This document shows positions 60,352-64,000 of a DNA stretch of 64,000 nt, piece after piece. Under the pieces are notes generated by a model. The model was given only the letters and a program-made list of their open reading frames with translations, searched no databases and was not told where the DNA came from. Position 1 is the first letter of the stretch, and every line of letters starts with the position of its first letter. Position numbers and translations under genes: made by a program. The stretch is from Chitinophagaceae bacterium (GTDB taxonomy: Bacteria > Bacteroidota > Bacteroidia > Chitinophagales > UBA10324), in contig JADKFU010000005.1 in the NCBI GenBank assembly GCA_016717285.1, positions 1,735,319 through 1,799,318 of the forward strand. The letters run 5' to 3'.

Positions 60352-60765
60352 TCAAATACTTGTTCCACTCATTTTTAAAATCCTTTCAAACTCAACATCA
60401 CTAACCGGCATTACAGATAATCTTGAAATTCTCACCAACGGAAATTCTTTCAACTCCTTAATTGCTTTAATATCAGCAAGTGTAACCGGATTTTTTAATG
60501 GTTTTAAAACAGCTATTTCAACAGCAACCCATGCATCATCTGTAGTTGTTGGATCTTGAAAAAATTGCTTTGTAACTTTTGCCAATCCGACAATCGCCTG
60601 TGATTGCTGACTGTGATAAAACAAAACCACATCTCCTTTTTTCATTGCTTTCAAATGAATTCTGGCCGCATAGTTTCTTACGCCGGACCAATCTGTCTTT
60701 TTATCCTTCACTAAATGATCCCAACCGTAGGTTTCGGGATCTGATTTAACAAGCCAGTATTTCAT
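60352..60765 (-). CDS. EVE (PUA-like) domain protein
   Basis: MKYWLVKSDPETYGWDHLVKDKKTDWSGVRNYAARIHLKAMKKGDVVLFYHS is the canonical EVE/DUF55 N-terminus. Confidence 0.85.
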   Translation of the reverse strand: MKYWLVKSDPETYGWDHLVKDKKTDWSGVRNYAARIHLKAMKKGDVVLFYHSQQSQAIVGLAKVTKQFFQDPTTTDDAWVAVEIAVLKPLKNPVTLADIKAIKELKEFPLVRISRLSVMPVSDVEFERILKMSGTSI

Positions 60766-60798
60766 AGGTGAAAAGTCGTTCGGGAGGTTTTCAGGGGT

Positions 60799-60831
60799 AA
60801 AAAAAAGTCCCGGCGAACTGCCAGGACTTTT
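60799..60831 (-). terminator. Rho-independent terminator of rpsA
   Basis: A8 (U8 on the minus strand) next to the stem AGTCCCGGC/GCCAGGACT with a GAAC-type loop. TTTT on the other side gives it a bidirectional shape. Confidence 0.6.
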
Positions 60832-60853
60832 GGTTTATCTATTTGCGAGAAGA

Positions 60854-62878
60854 TTATTCGTCAACCGGCTTTTGGTCAGTCAATGTTTCTTCAGGCGTTT
60901 CTGCAACTGGAGATTCCGGAGCGGCGTCTGCAGGAGTTTCCAACTCTGCATCAGCGGCTTCTTCAGATTCTATTTTCGCTTTGGCATTGCCTTTTTCGAT
61001 CTTCGATTTTAATTCAGAAAGCACACCTAGATCACCGAGTGTAGATTTCTCCACTTTCCGGTTGATGTTCTTCAGCTCAGTGCGCTGATCTTTACGTTCC
61101 ACCGCTTTCTTTTCACGCACATCTTCATTTTCCTTCTCTACTTTTTCTTCCCAAACTCTTGCATGTGAAACGATGATCTTCTTATTGCCGCGGTCAAATT
61201 CGAGCACTTTTACAGGCAATGTTTCGTCCACTTCCACCGTTTTTCCATTTTCCTTTTTAAGGTGCTTGGCTGGTGCAAAAGCTTCCAATCCATAAGGCAT
61301 CAGCAAAATCGCGCCCTTGTCATCTTTCTTGATCACCGTTGCCTGGTGTTCAGAACCCATTGGGAATACACTTTCGAAAGTATCCCATGGATCTTCTTCC
61401 ACCTGCTTATGACCTAACGAAAGTTTGCGTTCGTCCTTATTGATGTCAAGCACCACAACTTCGAGATCATTCCCAATCCTGGTAACATCATTCGGATGAT
61501 GAATGCGTTTTACCCATGAGAGATCAGAGATGTGCACAAAACCTGTAATGCCATCTTCCAATTCTACAAATACACCATATCCGCTGACGTTCTTGACAAC
61601 ACCTTTTGTACGTGTGCCAACCGGATATTTCTGCTCAATATCACTCCAGGGATCTTTAGTAAGTTGCTTCAGGCTCAATGACATTTTGCGTTCTGCGCGA
61701 TCCATAGTCACCACCATTGCTTCGTATTCATCACCTACTTTAAAGTGTTCTTTAGAGTTGATAGGCGTGTTACTCCACGAAATCTCAGATACGTGAATCA
61801 AACCTTCTACTCCCGGTTGAATTTCAAGGAATGCGCCGTAATCTTCAATGTTTACAATCTTGCCTTTTACTTTTGACCCTACTACTATTGCGGGATCAAG
61901 AATATCCCAAGGCTGAGGAGTTAACTGTTTCAGACCAAGAGAGATACGTTTCTTCTCTTCGTCGTAATCCAATACTACCACCTGTAGCTTTTGGTTAAGC
62001 TTTAAAACTTCAGTCGGATGACTGATGCGTCCCCATGAGATGTCGGTAATGTAAAGCAATCCATCTAAACCACCGAGATCGATAAATGCACCGAAGTCAG
62101 TGATATTCTTGATAGTACCTTCGAGAATCTGACCCTTTTCCAGCTTGGAAATAATCTCCTGACGCTGACTTTCAAGATCACCTTCAATAAGGGCTTTGTG
62201 AGAAACCACGGCATTCTTAATGGTTTCGTTGATCTTCACCACTTTGAATTCCATCATTTTTCCAACATAAGAATCATAATCAGTGATCGGCTTCACATCG
62301 ATTTGAGAACCAGGGAGGAAAGTTTCCAATCCAAACAGATCAACTATAAGTCCGCCTTTGGTTTTGCTGGTAATGGTTCCGGTAACGATTTCTCCGGTTT
62401 TGTAGCCATTGACAATCCGTTCCCAGGCGCGCTCCATTTTGGCGCTCTTGCGGGAAAGTGAAAGCTGACCTTTCACATTTTCCTTTTCAACCACTAAAAC
62501 TTCCACTTCATCGCCTACTTTTAGTTCAGGCATGTCGCGGAATTCTGAAAGCGGCACCAATCCATCGGATTTGAATCCAATGTTCAGCACCACATCAGTG
62601 GGCGTTAATGACACTACGGTACCTTTCAGGATTTCATTGTCCGTGATGGTAACGAAGGTGCTGCTGTAGATTTCTTCTAATTTTTCGCGTTCGTCCTGTG
62701 TATAGGTCTTGACGTTGCGCTTCGATACATTCCAGTCAAAATCATCGTGTGATGTTTCAACTTTTGCGGGCTTTTCTGCCTGTACTTCTACTGGTACTTC
62801 AATTTGCGGAGTTGTTGCTCCATTTTGTGTTTCGTTGGTAGTTTCTGCTTGTGGAATTTCAGTTTTGTTTTCTTCCAA
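60854..62878 (-). CDS. rpsA: 30S ribosomal protein S1
   Basis: Six S1 (OB-fold) repeats (for example GTVVSLTPTDVVLNIGFKSDG, GKIVNIEDYGAFLEI, GVVKNVSGYGVFVEL) with acidic/Pro-rich N- and C-terminal tails. Confidence 0.95.
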   Translation of the reverse strand: MEENKTEIPQAETTNETQNGATTPQIEVPVEVQAEKPAKVETSHDDFDWNVSKRNVKTYTQDEREKLEEIYSSTFVTITDNEILKGTVVSLTPTDVVLNIGFKSDGLVPLSEFRDMPELKVGDEVEVLVVEKENVKGQLSLSRKSAKMERAWERIVNGYKTGEIVTGTITSKTKGGLIVDLFGLETFLPGSQIDVKPITDYDSYVGKMMEFKVVKINETIKNAVVSHKALIEGDLESQRQEIISKLEKGQILEGTIKNITDFGAFIDLGGLDGLLYITDISWGRISHPTEVLKLNQKLQVVVLDYDEEKKRISLGLKQLTPQPWDILDPAIVVGSKVKGKIVNIEDYGAFLEIQPGVEGLIHVSEISWSNTPINSKEHFKVGDEYEAMVVTMDRAERKMSLSLKQLTKDPWSDIEQKYPVGTRTKGVVKNVSGYGVFVELEDGITGFVHISDLSWVKRIHHPNDVTRIGNDLEVVVLDINKDERKLSLGHKQVEEDPWDTFESVFPMGSEHQATVIKKDDKGAILLMPYGLEAFAPAKHLKKENGKTVEVDETLPVKVLEFDRGNKKIIVSHARVWEEKVEKENEDVREKKAVERKDQRTELKNINRKVEKSTLGDLGVLSELKSKIEKGNAKAKIESEEAADAELETPADAAPESPVAETPEETLTDQKPVDE

Positions 62879-63063
62879 TTTTTGGGTCCTCCTTTTAGGT
62901 GAGATTTCCCGTGTTTTTTAAACGGGACGACAAAGGTAAAGGAATTACGGAAAAAGGCAAACTCTTATATAAATATTGATCAGGTGATTTTTGAAGAAGT
63001 GTTTTGGGGGAAATGACAGGTAGACCCTCCTATTTATCAGGAACAAATGCGCTGTATATACAG

Positions 63064-63948
63064 CTAAGACAGGAGCGTTTTGGAAAATTCATTCCTTAAA
63101 GTTTCCGCCACTTTTTCCATCTGCCACAACGGAGTGGAGGTTGCGCCACAAATTCCAACAGACGAAATATTCTCGAACCATTCTTCCTGCAGCTCGCTTT
63201 CTTCTGAAACGAAGTAGGATTTTGGATTCACAGATTTGCAAACATTGTAGAGCACTTTTCCATTAGAGCTTTTCTTTCCACTAACGAATACAATCACATC
63301 ATGTTGGGCAGCAAATTTTTGCAATTGAGGTTCGCGGTTAGAAACCTGCCGGCAAATGGTATCGTTGGCTTTTATTTCTTCATTTCCTGCAGCAGCCGCA
63401 CGTTGCTCAATCAGGTTTTTGAAATGATAAAATTTTTCTGTGCTCTTAGTGGTTTGAGAAAAGAAAGCAATCGGACGTGTATAGTCCAGTTTATCGAGAT
63501 CATCTTCTGTGGTCACAATAATTCCCTGCTGATCAGTTTGTCCCATCAGGCCGTTCACTTCCGCATGACCGGGAATTCCATAAATAACAACCTGTGCATT
63601 TTTGTCAAGCAATTTATCGTAAGAAAGCTTCACACGGTTTTGCAATTTCAATACTACCGGACAGGAGGCATCCAGTAATTCGATATTGTTTTCCATTGCA
63701 GTGATATATGTTTGCGGTGGCTCACCATGCGCACGGATCAGCACCTTGCAATCACGTAACTGACGAAGGTTTTCATGGTTGATAATTTTTAATCCTTTTG
63801 CGGTGAGTCTTTTCACCTCCACATCATTGTGAACGATGTCGCCCAGGCAATATAATTCAGCTCCGGAATCAAGTTCGTCCTCTGCCATTTGAATGGCATA
63901 AACCACTCCAAAACAAAACCCGCTGTTCTGATCAATGGTTACCGTCAT
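63064..63948 (-). CDS. ispH: 4-hydroxy-3-methylbut-2-enyl diphosphate reductase
   Basis: MTVTIDQNSGFCFGVVYAI, LDASCPVV and ICGATSTP contain the three Fe-S cysteines in LytB context. Confidence 0.95.
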   Translation of the reverse strand: MTVTIDQNSGFCFGVVYAIQMAEDELDSGAELYCLGDIVHNDVEVKRLTAKGLKIINHENLRQLRDCKVLIRAHGEPPQTYITAMENNIELLDASCPVVLKLQNRVKLSYDKLLDKNAQVVIYGIPGHAEVNGLMGQTDQQGIIVTTEDDLDKLDYTRPIAFFSQTTKSTEKFYHFKNLIEQRAAAAGNEEIKANDTICRQVSNREPQLQKFAAQHDVIVFVSGKKSSNGKVLYNVCKSVNPKSYFVSEESELQEEWFENISSVGICGATSTPLWQMEKVAETLRNEFSKTLLS

Positions 63949-64000
63949 CGTGCAAATTTAAACCTTGTAACTATCATGCTGATGCGATTTTCTCTTTCGC

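Noticed and set aside
60352-60765. EVE-domain protein as a modified-base-sensing defence component.
   Set aside because: It is a stand-alone 137-aa EVE protein next to rpsA with no nuclease or restriction partner, consistent with the widespread housekeeping type. Its proximity to block 2 appears coincidental.

Overview
64-kb chromosomal window from an AT-rich Bacteroidota genome. The phylum call is an inference from Por/T9SS C-terminal sorting domains on at least 8 secreted proteins, the gyrA-TPR and rimK-protease gene pairs, and the general absence of Shine-Dalgarno sequences. The backbone is mostly housekeeping: rpsP, rimM, prfB (with its programmed +1 frameshift), clpB, mdh, rimK, mnmA, guaA, gyrA, rpsA, ispH, cobB. 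It is interleaved with secreted enzymes: a BNR-propeller protein, an FN3-sulfatase, an M43-like metalloprotease, three tandem arylsulfotransferase-like paralogues, and FN3/adhesin-like proteins. I recognised no rRNA, tRNA, CRISPR array, IS transposase or phage genes. Four things stand out. (1) A ~1.6-kb mosaic of nested palindromic repeats (2725-4325) surrounds a small GIY-YIG nuclease gene. A 151-nt perfect direct repeat lies on both sides of the gene, and a degenerate solitary copy lies 28 kb away. The layout is REP/BIME-like but has a GIY-YIG partner instead of a RAYT transposase; this is my best candidate for an undescribed selfish/mobile system. (2) Two blocks of extreme homopolymer-run sequence (28560-28838 and 59271-60212, the latter containing T48-C-A39) sit in convergent intergenic regions. 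They are most likely sequencing or assembly artefacts but need read-level checking. (3) A tightly coupled membrane-protein/wHTH/DgkA operon has a conserved ~30-nt element abutting two start codons. (4) ASST-like T9SS cargo genes are triplicated. All coordinates, repeat counts and run lengths were derived by hand from the sequence and should be treated as approximate to a few nt.
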